DNA of 64,000 nt, taken from contig OZ316899.1 of NCBI GenBank assembly GCA_973895155.1, forward strand, positions 16,147,974-16,211,973, in the 5' to 3' direction. Source of the stretch: Marsupella aquatica (taxonomy: Eukaryota > Plantae > Marchantiophyta). Under the pieces are notes generated by a model that was not told where the DNA came from, made no database searches, and worked only from the letters and a program-made list of their open reading frames with translations. Positions 12,510-25,860 of this stretch are shown one piece after another. The translations under genes were made by a program, and so were the position numbers. Every line of letters starts with the position of its first letter. The stretch's first letter is position 1.

Positions 12510-15163
12510 ATGGCACGACCTAAAATTCAAGCCAAAAAGCGTGTGATAGAGGTGAGAAACACAGGTGTACTAAAATACAGTACCTACAAACGCTGGAAGA
12601 GGGGCAGGTAATGTCTGATCTTGTCAGCAATGGAAGAACTCATTATATGTGGAGTCCATTGACGTGGGGGGGATTCTGCGCATGTATAATAATAGAAAAT
12701 GTATGTGTGCAGGTTGGACAATCAAACCATCAACTCAAGTATTCACTAATGCCCCTATGCAGATGCAGCACGGAAGTGGGCTAGGTATGTTGGTGAATGT
12801 TCATATGTTTTCCTATAGTTTGTACTACGTTTTTAGTACATATGTTTGCAACCACATACCTAGAAAGTGACATCATCCGGCCCCTGTACTAGGCTGGACA
12901 GGTGGTCCAGGGTCACAACAATTCCAGAGTGCAGTACCTGCACAGGCATCTACAGGCAGAGCTACAGGTATGTATGTTTGAAGAATTTTTCTTGAAGTGA
13001 AGCATTGAATGTTGCCGTCATCCATTATGCTGTATGTAGTTCTCAAGCATGAATGGCATTGTATTTTCCCAGGTGGCTTCGGAACCCCAGGTAGGGTGAA
13101 TGAAGGGGTGGCCAATACAACGCCCAGTACTACTGAGAGCAGTGCACAAGGGGAGGTGACAAAGAAAGGGAACGTAAAGTTGAATGAGAGACAATGGGTG
13201 GATGCTGAGTGTCCTCGTAAGAACCGATGGCATGCTGATTTGAAAGTTGAAGTATTGCGTTGGTTAGATTTGAGAGTTATTAATTTTAAAAAACAGCATC
13301 CAAAAGATTGGAAGACTATATGTGAAAATGTTGCTGCCAAATGGAATTATGTGACCAGTGATGATGGTGTGGACATAGGTTGCCTAGAGAGTACAGCAGG
13401 TAAAATCATAAAGCAAGAGAGGTGGAGAATGCATAAGGCTTGGAAGGAAGGTGGGGAGAAGCCAGATATGCCTCCACCAGCCAGTTGTGATGATAAAGTG
13501 TGGGCAAGGTTAGTAGCTTATTTTGTAATAGATGCTTCGAAAAAGAAGAGTTCACAGATGACCGAGGCCAGGTTGAGTGTTCAGAACCCTAATCTGACAG
13601 GAAGGACCGGCACTGCACCGACAGCAAAACGTTTGGTAAGAATCAATGGCCTAGCTATGTAATTTATGCTACACTATGTACTGTTTATAGTGTAAACCCA
13701 TACATGTAAACTTTGTTTTTTAGTGTACGTTCCCTGAATAATAATGATAACTTGTGTTTGCCATGCATGTGCAGAAAGCCCAATTGGGGCAAAGCCCTTC
13801 AAAAGAAGAGTTGAGGGCTGAAATTGTGAACACCCGGGCTCAAGAGGGTGCATCTGAATCCTCCAAGCATGTAAGTTATGAGTTCTGATTGGTAATTGAA
13901 TGACCTGCGTTGAATTTCAGGTGTACACTTTATATAACATTGATTGTGCATATATTGCCCAACATTTCATATGGAGTGATTGAACCTATACCCCTGTGTC
14001 ATGTAGGGAGGTGGATCTTCACTTACAGAGATAAGTGGTCATTTGAAGGCTGTTGAAACATGTCTTCCAGAGATCAATGAACGTTTGAATTCATTGACTG
14101 ACTTGTTCCATGTGAACTTCAAGACATTAATGGAAGCTGTTGTGTCGGTGAGAGATAAAATTGATTCCAATTCTGCAGGAGTTCCACCATCACCACTTGA
14201 GGTGGCAAAGTCGATGCACTCTTCTGGCATGCCAACGACATGTAGGCTTGAAGGTAAGGCCTTTACAACCGTGTGGGATATGATTAGTAAATGTATAGTT
14301 TGAATTGACATTGTTTGTTGAATGTGTTATTTTCAGTAACATATATTGTGGTTGTTGTGTCCATAGAGAATAAGGCAGGTGTTGCAGAGAAGAAGTATGA
14401 GAACCTGGCAAATACTCGCTGTAATTTAGAGGCAACAAAGTTGCAGTCTATACAAGCAACTTGTTTGACAGAGGGCAGTCAACCATGTTTGGATGAGGAC
14501 GACATTGGCAAGGGAGTGGATGATATCAATGTTGGGGCAAATGAGGATATCAACAAGCATGACAATGATACCATTGAGCCAGATTCATGCTATGTAGATC
14601 TTGACTCCATTGCTGAGATAAATGATTTGCAGAATGTATCATTCTCAATGACAGGTGTGCCTCTTGTTGAGATAAAACCAACCAAAGAGTTAGTTGGTAT
14701 GACACTCCCAGGTGATGAACCTGCTACTGTGACAGTCCTAACAGAGGAACCTACTGAGCCTAGCTTCACTACTGTGAAGAGAGGAAGCATGCGCACACGA
14801 AGCAAGTCTGCTGGTGGGAGCAGAGCCACATCAAAGGTTTCATACAAACCTCCAAGAACGGTGCTGGCAGAAAGATCTAAGGTGGAAGTGGGGAAAGCAC
14901 CTAATGCTGAGGGACAAAGTGGCTTGTTAGTTGTTGATGAGAGTGGAACACGAGTAGGATTTGGCAGAGTGCAGGTTGGTTCCACAACGTTCCATGGCAA
15001 GAGGATTCCCCCAGGTTATTCAGTAGTGTTAGTCACATTACTAGTGAAACCTAAAGCTGTCCTTCCCATTCCAAACACAAATGATGATCCTCCTCAAAAG
15101 ACACTTGGAGATGCTGCAGGTTCTTTGGTATTATGGCCAAGCAAGTTCATAGAGGATCCATAA
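12510..15163 (+). CDS. Multi-exon CACTA TnpA-like protein
   Basis: Exon ~13073-13635 has VWARLVAYF..KKSSQMTEAR..TGRTG (Ptta/En/Spm-like). C-terminal GFGRVQ..FHGKRIPPG..LPIP..LVLWP resembles the Tnp1/En/Spm C-terminal domain. GT-AG introns; exon borders and start are approximate. Confidence 0.7.
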
Positions 15164-16021
15164 CAATGTCATGCCATTATTTGTTTGTAGTGTGAGTCAT
15201 GTTATGTAGATTTTAGATGTCAAGAAGGAGTACAAGAATCATGTCCTCTTGGAGATTCATAGTATCATGCATGTGCTTTCAGTTATCTCATCCTGCAGTC
15301 ATCAATTATGAGTTCCTGTTTTGTCTGAATTACATTGATCACATTGTAAACTATTCCATTGGAATTCAAATGATCTAAATTTTAGAGCAAGATTGTGATT
15401 CTGTTTAATTCTTATGAATGTTTTATGTAGGATTTGCTTATATGATGCTTTGTTTGATGTGGATGTCATTCATGCTATGTTCATTTCTTGTATTCAATGT
15501 GTTATATTTCTAAAGTTAGAACATCAGGTTTCTATGTATTGTAATGTGGAGTGCTCTCTCTCCTTATAAACTGTCCCTCTGTGTTCATTAGTCATGGTTA
15601 CAACTTGCATGTGAACCTTATTAGTTATAAACATGAGTATATAGAGTCCCAAATGGTTCTGTTGTGTGACCCGGGCCAGGGTCTCCATTAGTCTCTCCTG
15701 TGACACTAAATGGTCACACGCTAGTCGTTGTTGAATGCGAGCAAGTCATGTATATGACTTACCATGTGACTCGTTAAAGTCATATTGCAGTCACGTAGAA
15801 ACAAGGCTAGACTCCACAATAAAGTCACAGATCAGTCACAAATGGGTATCAAGCAAGTTGCAAAGCCCAGTATCAAGAGTGACTTCCATTTTTTGGTCTC
15901 AACTTTTGCAACTCCAAGGGTCACAGCGTGGGTCAAGTCACGTTGAGTCACAATGAAGTCACATGAGCCAAAATGAGTCACATATTGTGGTCTCAATTCA
16001 CCTCGGATTCTTCTATTGCTA

Positions 16022-18299
16022 GGACCGCGGAAGCAGCTGTCAATCGATTGAGGGAGGTGGTCAGGGAATTGTTCAAGCTCCCTTTTTTTGGTGGAATGAC
16101 CACGGTGAATCAGGCGGCCAAGTTCTGGGGCTGTTTGCTTGAAGAAGCACGGGAGCTCATACCAACTTACGAAGACATCGAGCCGGAATGAGTAGCAAGG
16201 GAATGGGCGGAGCTCGCTCGGTTATGGGGAATTGATAAGACGACATTTGTGGGAACGGAGGAGGTACTTGAGAAATTCATATGGATTCCCACCAGTGCCG
16301 AGCTTGACAAGTTGCTGATTAGAGAGAATCGAGTTGTTGGAATTCAGGAGGCGATTAAGAATGTTGGGCAGCCGGTGTGGGAGTTGAAGGGTCACACTTT
16401 GGCTTGGTCCAAGGAAGCCATTCTTGGAGATTTCTCAAGAACTGAAGAGATGAAGCGTAAAGGTAGTTCGGCTTCTGCAACACCAGCTAAGCGGAATCGA
16501 TCGGAGAGGCTGGCCAAGGCTGAAGCCGTGCCAGTTTGTGATAGGGCAGTGGAGGATAAGTTTATGACGGGTTGGGCGGATAAGCTACCTGCCAACTTAC
16601 AACTACAGTTTGCACAAGAAGAAGATGAGGTCTTCTGTGCTATCCAGGATAACAAGTATTCTGGATACATGAACGACACTGGCTTAGAGGGATTTGTTCG
16701 GTTACCATGGCGGTTAATTGACATACCAGATGAAGATCTATTAGACTTTGTAGGATGCTGGGAGGCTTCTTCTAACATGACACTGATGTATGGGAAGGTG
16801 GTGGAATTAACGCCAAGTGAACACTAATTGAATCCGTCTTTGCTCTTCCACAAGGGAATAAAACTAAGGTGGAGCAGCGAAAGACATTGCCGGATAATCA
16901 ATTCCGATCATTTCCAGGGCCCTCTACTAAGAATGGGTTCTTTAGAAATCAATGCACTAATCCACATGTGGGGCAGTTGATTGATTTCTTACGAGTCACG
17001 CTACACTGTACATTGCCAAGAGAAGAGATCGACAAAGCCCAGGTATTTTTGGTGGAGACTATCGATTCAAGCCAAGACTACAATGGCTATCTTTTAATGC
17101 AGTTAAAGAAGGCATTGAATGAAGAGAAGCAGAGTGTTGGGGAAGGAGAGGTATCCAGACTAGGGTACCATCTGCAATTACTTTGCCAATATGCAAGAAG
17201 CCAGTCTTTTGCACCCATGTTACCACTATAGGAGAGGATGCCGATTACAGCACGAGTGGAGGAGGACGAGCTGCCCCTGAACAAGCAACGACAAGAGAAG
17301 AGGCCGGCAATACAAGCAGTCCAGGGACAGGAGAAGAGGCCGACAACACAGGCAGTCCAGGGACAGGAGAATTCCCCTCTCAAGGAACCAGAGGTGGTAA
17401 CATATGATGTGGTGAGAAATCCGTTGCGACGGCCTACTCGTAATAACCCATATGCAGGTATTCAACTAGTAGAGAGGAAAATGACTGCCAAAGAAAGAAA
17501 GAAACGACATGAGCAAATGGATTTGGAGTCAGAAGACGAAGCTGAGGCCGTAGTCAGGAGAGGCCAGTCCTTAGAGCTTCTAGCCGGTCCCGAGTGGAGG
17601 AACCGGTGGAGGTAAATCAACCAATGGCAGCCCAACAATACTCAATGGAGGAGATTGGGGGCTTTGCAAAAGAGGCCAACATGCTCGGTAGTCAGGTTAA
17701 TGTGGATGACTATGACAATGATTATGTCAATCATGGGGAGAGACCGGTGCCAGGAGTGAGAACGTTGGGAAGGTTTTGTAGAAGACTTCCCTCAGTCTTT
17801 TATGGCAAGCCGGAGGATCAAAAAAACCCAGAGTCTCCGCCACCGGACGTGACACCATTGGAATTTGACCGAATGAAGGAAGCCGAGGCAGGTTTCAAGG
17901 AGAAACTCGACAAGTGGAGGGCCCAAAATGACATACAGGAGCGGCAACTACTAGGCGGTGATTGGCCGGAGGAAATAAACGGCTTAGTGAGAAGCAGGCC
18001 GTGCCTCTCACTAACTTCAATCAGTTACGAGCAGAAGCTTGGGAGAAACGGCCTCATTGGCAGATGCCAGTATCACCTGGCAGGTCAAAATATGCGACGG
18101 ATTGGGCTAGGGAGTATGGAGACATGTGTGGACTTCTAGCCTTAGAAATCTTCGGCAATGAGTTAGAATCCAGACCATTTCTTAGAAAGGAAATGGCTGA
18201 CCAGACAAGGCTGGAGGAGGCAATGACGTTGGAGCAATTAAAGAAGGAGGAGGTAATCGCTCGGCTTTGCTCCATGGAAGCCAAAGTTGCTAAGATGAA
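16022..18299 (+). pseudogene. Middle part of the LTR-borne accessory ORF (probably starts at ATG 5272)
   Basis: Chain of frameshifted ORFs 15973-18321, homologous to 48-1160. Continues in frame at 26425. Confidence 0.7.
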
Positions 18300-18620
18300 A
18301 ACAAGAAGCCTTAAGGGATGAGTCCAAAGCCTTATTTCTCTTTTCAAAATCTTCATGATATTAAAAAGTGTATACCAAAAAACCACCAAAAAATGGTATG
18401 TATTTTCCAAACTAGACTCAAGAGAATTTTACCACCAAAATCTAAGCATATCTTATATGATATTCTCACAATTGTATAAACCTTGAAATATGCACTTTAT
18501 AAAAGTAATCAAAATCAAACTCATCGATCAGAGTTTAAGTCAAACTCAAAGTTTTACAAAATATAACCCAACTTAAGCCCAAGTGGTTTCAAATGCTACG
18601 AGTCCCTCTATTTATCTAGT

Positions 18621-21600
18621 CTAATCCAAAGGGACCGCTTCCCCTTCCTCGGTTCCAGAAGTCCCTGTCGTCAATTCTAGAACAATTGTGGCATCGTCAA
18701 CCACGCTATCCTCTCCGGCCTGAGGAATGTCTTCCTCACTCTCCTCATCCATCTCCCCCTGTCCGTCTTCCTCTTCAATGTTATCTGCAAGGTTAAGAAT
18801 CCTCCCTTTCAACACACTGCTCTGTCGCTCGTCAATCTCAATGGCAACGCAATGTGTCCCCATGGCCAAGGAGGAGGTTGTCCCAGTCCCTGATCCTGAA
18901 CAAATATCCAAAACCCAGTCTCCAACCTGACTAAAATGACTCACTTCCCAATCTAACAATGCACGTGGTTTCTGATAAACATTCATTGCCTTGTTATCCC
19001 CGTTGTGTTTCAGCTTCTTAGTCACAGCTGCGCATACAACCACATTGTTCCTTGATTCATTTGTGTCAAAATTGAAGTGCTCCAATGACCGTTTACCATC
19101 CTGGCTGTGAAAGCCAATTGTAAAGCACTCAAAGTTGCTGTTCAATCTTGGTCCACCAGCATTCTTCACATTATCCTTAACCCTGAAAAGTCACAAAAAG
19201 TCAAGGAGTTATTTAAACTGAGAAACATGGTTCATGAAATCATGAATAACTAATAGTTGTTTTTTTCAAAAACAAATATTTCTTACCACACACAATTCTG
19301 GAACCCTCCATTACACTCCGCTTTCAAAACGGTCTTGATGGCCTCATATTGGTCAAGGCTGTGGTGAATGATAATACGCCACAACTTTGCAGTAGTAGCC
19401 ACCTTGAACGATTGGACCATTTTTGTGATCTCCTCAGTTCCCCATCCAATAGTGTCTTCATGAAGACATCCAGGCAATGCAAACCCGTAGGGAATATCCA
19501 CTAAAGCTAATGTGTAAGCCCGACCCGGAACCACCTCATGTAATCGCTGAACATCATGAGTAAAAATATCATAGTGCACATCACCAAACTCTGGATGCTC
19601 AAACGAATTTGGATGAAGTTCCCCCTCTTGGGTTTGCCGACTAGAAGTCTTCATGGATAGCCAATTTTGGGCTTGCACAATATGCGCATTGAATTTGTCC
19701 GGGAATGACTTGAGATCTTTGCCTTCCTCATCTCCCTTCTTTTTCCGGGAGGTGGTATCTTTCTACAAAAAGGAACTGTAGAATTAGAAACAAGGATTCC
19801 AAATATTAAACGAATTCAAACAATCATTCGAAGAAAGGTGACAGAATCTTACCCATGTCTGGAAAACAGGTACGAAATTCTTAAGCACATTGTCTGTGCA
19901 ATGCTCAGGGTACTTGGTTTTACAACCTGACCAACTCTCCTCGTGTAGACACGTGAGGAAGGCCTTCTGCACCTGCATCTGAAATTTGTGTCGAGTAAAT
20001 TCGTGACCCATTTCCTGTAAAGAGAGTTCTTTAGTAAGAACTCTCTGTAACACTGGGCAAATCATATCAGGATCTTTCAAGGCCTGCATGTGTCTCCACT
20101 CTGTTAATTTCATGTCCTCATAAGGCAATTTGGCATCTCCAGACTTAGAGACTTTCTTCTTGCCTTTGTCTCCTTTTTGACCTTTGATCTCACACATCTC
20201 CCACTTGTCACAAATCTGCCTCACAAATGACCACACAGGATCTTGTCGGAATGCCAACTGAAATAGGTTATCATTGGCATTAAGAACCTCAGCATCCTTT
20301 TGTACACCCCAATCCTTGAGATTGATTTTAGTAGCACACTCTTTCTTGAAATCCTGGTTGGACGACAATCCATTCTCAACAAATCTCATGTGAATATAAT
20401 TTACTCTCTGGATTGTCGTCATCTGTTGTCAAAATTCAGAATCAATATTGTGACTCCACGCCAGGTTTCTTGCCTCTTGCACACTCAATCCCGCAAATAT
20501 CCAAGATTGCACTCTCCGAAATGCCTTGTTGTTAGGGAACTGAAGAGCAAGGTCTGCTTTGGCACAGGCTGAATGGTTGCCCCCAATCACATAATAATGG
20601 TAATCACCTTTCCTTGAAAAATCAAAGTCTTGCCTAGTAGCACACTCCTTCGGATCCACCAAGAGGACAAACGGAGCTGCAAGTGGACTGGCACCTACAG
20701 TCTTCATCCGCAAGGTCAATTGGGTCAAGAAATATGGTTGGATGTGTCGGACCTGGTAAATGGGCAAGCCCACAGCCTTCTCTCTCACTGGAGGGTAAAG
20801 TTGACCAATGTCAACGGTCACGGTCTCCTCTTGAACACCACATCTTCCCAGAATCTCCTCCTGGTACAATACCCGTGCATCCATTGACATTGATTGAGCC
20901 TTTTGCTCCAAATGCGTTGGAATTTTCTCCAAAGTCTTCTTTTTTGACTTTGTAGCACTGGGCTCGGTAGGCTCAGGAGTCATAGCAGGTCGCTTCTTTG
21001 AAGAAATGCGAGTTCTAGTCGTACCTTGTGCCGACCCACCAGTCAAAGCCGTTCCCTGGGATGATCTGCCAACTTGAGATCCCCCTCCAGATGCTGCTGC
21101 TTCCCGGGAGGTTGTAGGCGCTACCACGGTCAAAATATCATTGGGTAAAATGCTAGGCCTGGATCCAGAAGGAACACCGGAAGCCCCAGATTTGGGTGGA
21201 CGACTTACTCCCTTCTCTGCCGACCTTTTCCGGAGAATCTCTCTTGATTTTCGGATTGCACTCTTTAAAGTGCTAGCGTGAAATTCAAACACAAAACCGG
21301 AAATCTTTCCCACGACGTCGTGGTAACGTTCCTCACTCGAAAGAGACTTGATAGTCTCAATGATGCTATCGATGTCCTCATCGAGATAGCAGGTGGTAGC
21401 CGTTCCAGAAAACCTCTCCACATCCACGACAATCAAAGTTGATGTTTCCTTCGTTGTGATCAACATGTTCACAACTTCGTCGCCCCGTCGAAATACATCG
21501 ATGCGGCCGTAATTTACCCACCCTAATGCCCCCGATGGAAGCCCCTCAAATACACACAGCATTAGGAAGGGCTTCTTCCATATTTCCGTCCCTAAGGAAA

Positions 21601-21682
21601 TCGTCCAGGATGAGTTGTGGAAGTCCGTCAAAGGATGGCGCGAAAAGATGTCATCCACCAGCTCTTCCTGCGACATTGTCAT
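18621..21682 (-). CDS. ParB/Srx-like domain fused to a beta-class N6-adenine/N4-cytosine DNA methyltransferase (~955 aa, one in-frame stop)
   Basis: Exons 21682-19853, 19762-19287 and 19182-18621, joined by phase-compatible GT-AG introns. ParB-like YYVIGGNHSACA, motif IV LVDIPYG, CVWVK, YQKP, motif I VLDICSGSGT, CVAIEID. TGA at 20429-20431. Confidence 0.85.
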
Positions 21683-22461
21683 GTTTTTGCCTGATCTTCA
21701 AACCTGAGAACATACCACAAAATCAGTCCACTTCAACCCCAACCTGCGAGACAAAGTGCCACAGAACCAAGGAATGTGCCAACAAATGGCTACTAAAACC
21801 GTGTCCTTACGGATCTAACAACGCTCTCGGCCACCCCAGGACTCCTATCATGAATTCATGAAGGGAGTCTCCCTCTCGCTCCGACCTTCATGAATTCATG
21901 AAGGGAGTCTCCTCTCTCTTTGCTTGTACACCTCGGTGATGCAGAAGGGTATTTAAAATAGGGTTCGGAGGGGGGTGACGTGAAGAAATCACCCAGGGCC
22001 TAAATTACTACCTAAAACAGGATCGAAATGAAGTGCGACCGCGACAACTCGCGACACGTCGCCGATGAGTGCTGAAAATGGCACGAAATTGGACAGCAAG
22101 ATTGTTTTTCATTCTTTTACAAAGGAAATCCAAATGACATTGAGTGAAAATGAATGGGCTGCCCCGTGTTCCTTGGTTATACATACTAATCACGGATCAG
22201 GCGCGACTTAGTAAAATTAACCCCGAATCATGATAAATCAATGTTTTCGGGCCAATTATTCATGAATATTTCGGGGTATTAACGGGAAAAAGCTTGCAAA
22301 TTTCATGAATATTTGATATTTTTGAAGTTAAAAAGTCCCAACAATCCGTGAAAAACTATAAATAGGCTCGTTTATTCATGACTCTTGGTCATTATTTTGA
22401 GAAGATTTGTTAGATTTTACTGATTTTCTGAGTTTCTTGTCAATTTGCACTAGTTTTTCCA
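21683..22461. promoter_or_regulatory. Divergent promoter region with TCATGA palindromes
   Basis: Lies between two head-to-head genes. TATAAATA at 22357, perfect 20-bp palindrome CCTTCATGAATTCATGAAGG at 21885-21904, eight TCATGA sites. Confidence 0.6.
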
Positions 22462-25400
22462 ATGGCGGCATGTTACGAATCAGATGATTATTCAGATGGA
22501 GTTTCTGATGATGTTTCATTGCCAGATGGCCCCTGCACAGTGGTTGGCCCAGATATCCCTGGAATAACTACTGTTTTAGATATGCCACCCCCCACCCCTA
22601 TGAGCAAGTTAAAATGTAGTCCTTTACGACTTGCAATTAGTGGGAAGAAATCATTGGTCGGTGGTAAAGAGAGGTTAGGGAGCTCCTCTGACTCCTTGGA
22701 GAGTATTGGTCCCCCTGGACGTCAAGTTGTATCTCCTTTGTCACCAACAAAGGACAAATTGGGGAGTAATCTGGAAGGTTCAATGCCTATTTGGATGTCT
22801 GGGAAACGGTCTCATGAATTCATGAAGACTGGATTTGGAAAGACGAAGAAGGCACTAAGTGGGGAAAATGACAGAGATTTTTGCAGTCTCCAAAGTGTTC
22901 AGCGGCTGAAGCAAATGCCAAAAAGTAAAACCTTTGGTAAGCCAACGTCGGAAACATTTCACAGGGGGATGAGGGAAGAAACTAGACGACCAGTGTTATT
23001 GAAAAGTATTCCAGAAAAGAATTCTAATGTGCGTTCCTCAGTTTTACCTAGGAGTCATGGTGTTGGGGCAGGGAGCGGATCAAGTCACGGAAACTCAAAC
23101 AGGGAAACCAACCTGGTGGAGAGGGACCCTAGGAAAATATTGAAAGGGTCCCTACACGGTAATGGAGGGATTTCTGAAATACGCCCAGGTATTCCAAGGG
23201 TGCATAGAGTGAAGGAAGAGCCTCCATCTCCGAAGGCTGCAGGTCTGGAATCTAGGCATGTTCAGAAGCAAATGTTGGTGACCATTTCATCATCGAATGA
23301 AAGCGAGTCTTCGGAGAGTGGGGAGGATGATGATGTTCCGGTGGCATCTAGTCGTTACAAACGTACGAGCAACGCCACTTTGTGTGAAACAAAGTTGAAA
23401 GAGGAGGATATCAAGAAAACAAATAGTAAGTACTGTTGTCAGAGTCATTGTCTCCTAAGTCTATCTCCAAAAGAAATTCGTGAGGCGCGTTCTAAATTTT
23501 TGAGGCAGAAATCTCAGGATCGATCTTTATCTTTGCAGTGGCTTATAAAGCGAGACGGAAATGAAGGAGGGAGGCAGACTATATCTTACACGTTTGGTCA
23601 AAAGAGTATTTGTCGGAAAGCTTTCAAGCTTATATTTTGCGTTGGCAATCATAGATTAAATAGAATTTTGAAATTAGACAACCAAGACTTAGGATATTCT
23701 AAACCAGTTGGACGCCCTCCATCTGTTAAAAGATTAGTCTTGGTCAGTTGGCTTAGGTCGTTTTTTGAGACACGCGTGGAAACATTGCCAAATAAAGAAG
23801 TTTCACATTTACCGGATAATTATTCAAAGCTGGAGGTATGGAAGATCTACGACTCCAACTATGCCAAGATTGATGAATCTTCAAAAATATCCTATCGACA
23901 ATTCTTGAAAGTTTGGGTTCAAGAATTTGGTCATGTGAAGATTCCTCCAGTCAATCGATTCAGTGCTTGCGCGGATTGCGAGGAGTTCAAATCAATTCGG
24001 GACAAAGCTGTCTCGGAGACCGAAAAGAGTAAGTTACTTACAAGTTTGACAAGTTTTTGTTTCAAGAATATGGCTTAACACATGATTTCTAATTTTTTTT
24101 GAAGAAACTAACAAGTTGTTTTTCCAGGGCGAGGGGAAATTATGTTACAAAAACATAGAGACCAACAATCCAAAGAACGTGAGAAACTCGCGAAGCATCG
24201 TAAGAAATGTTTTTCAAATTCTGATAAATATTTGGGAGTTGTCATTGATGGGATGGATCAGAAGAAGACAAGGTTGCCTCATTGGCCGCGGCCCCCAAAA
24301 TCGGTGGACGAAACATGTTTGATCCAAATGCACGTTGTCGGATGCCTGGTTTTCAATGGTGCACTATTTTCAAGAGTGTTTCTTAATTATCCTGTATTGC
24401 ATAATGATGGAAACTTGACAGTCACAATCCTGCAAAGGGTGTTTCACGAATGGGAAGAAAAGCCTGGTGGCTTGCCGCCTGTTCTCTATCTTCAACTTGA
24501 TAATACCAGTAGAGAAAATAAAAATAATTTACTCTTTGCCTATCTTCATATGTTGATTCGAAGAAAGGTTTTTTGGAAAATCAAACTAGGATTCTTGTTG
24601 GTTGGACACACACACGACCAAATAGATCAAATGTTCAGTCGATTTTCTAAACGACTAACAAGGTTTAAGGCATTCACATACGAAAGCCTATGTGATATTA
24701 TTTGTGAATCATATCAACCCCAACCAAATATCACTCTTTTAAAGGAAACATATGATTTCCGTCAATATGCCTTCTCAGATCCACCTTTAGTCATTGAAAG
24801 GATTCGAAATGTTACCTTCCACCACAAGTACAAATTTGCATTTGACAAGTTGGAAAATCAAGTTCCAACCCAATGGGGGAAGAAGTTTTCCACGGACTCA
24901 ACTTGGAAACCTGACGGAGGCGTGAAATTTTTGAGGGAAGAGGAGCTAGAAAAGGTGATGGGTTGTGCTCCCGGATTACCCCTTTTCAAAAAGGGGGATA
25001 AGAACGTTACAAGGACTCAACCAAATATGTCTAGTTCTTCAAGAATGACTTTGAAGGAGATGGATGATTCGTTAAATGAGATTCAAAAGGGAATACTTGC
25101 AGTTGAAACTTTATTCTCAGAAGAGGAAGTGAACTGGTGGAGAATGTTTTTTGAAGAGCAACGGGAATTGAATAAATCTTTGCTCCTTGATCAAAGACCA
25201 TTGATTTTCCCTTTTCAATGGCCACGCTCCCAAAGGGAGATTGTTGTTGCTGCTGAAGTTCCCAGAGTCCTTGTCAATGAAGAGGAAATTGAAGAGAGAG
25301 TATACGGACCTACCAGAGATATATACGTGGGTCCTTATCGGAATCAAGGAAAGATAGATGCAGAGAAGGAGAATATGGAAGGAGACTTTTCGGATCTTGA

Positions 25401-25860
25401 AGTCAACACTTATATTTCTGTTGCTGGAGAAGAATCGGAAACATTTTGGGTGGCCAAGGTGGAAAGAATTGACCAGCGCGACGAGTTCAACATTCCAAAA
25501 ATGATTTATGTTTTATGGCATGCTACAAAAACCGGGTCAGATCCTTGGAAAGCCAAGTACTTACCAGAAGTCTTAAACTACGAAAAGAAGAAAAGTGGTC
25601 GTGGGAAAGGAACTTTGAAACCAATATGGTTTCACCAAGAGCTTGATTTATCTTCAACGACTGTTTTTGCTTACAACTTCATGTTGACAAAATCTGATAC
25701 ATTGTACAAAAAGACAGTAGATCGAATCAAAATCCGATTGACTGAATTTTTGGCAGAAGAGAAAGAGCAAGAACAAGAGAATGGATCAACTAGAACCCCG
25801 CTAGGAGATAAATCTAGGGATATTTCGTTTCAAGAATTGAGGACTTCTGGATCTGAGTAA
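22462..25860 (+). CDS. Intact Sola-like (DUF7869-type) DDE transposase, ~1099 aa
   Basis: Exons 22462-24028 and 24128-25860 (GTAAGT..ACTAAC..CAG intron, frame preserved). Motifs FSACADC, VIDGMDQ, YLQLDNTSRENKN, FLLVGHTHDQIDQMFS. Confidence 0.88.

Larger units (their letters stand above)
5375..16018 (+). mobile_element. CACTA (En/Spm) element 1, non-autonomous (no TnpD)
   Basis: Left end CACTAGAAGAAATCC, right end GGATTCTTCTATTG (mutated TAGTG). TSD CTA (5372-5374, 16019-16021). GTCAC/GTGAC subterminal repeats. Host frame rejoins as FDQPRTAEAAVNRL. Confidence 0.9.

Noticed and set aside
18621-25860. Bacterial restriction-modification or partition operon, or contamination
   Set aside because: Both genes have spliceosomal introns, the partner is a transposase rather than a nuclease or ParA, and the unit sits in a eukaryotic retroelement with a TSD.
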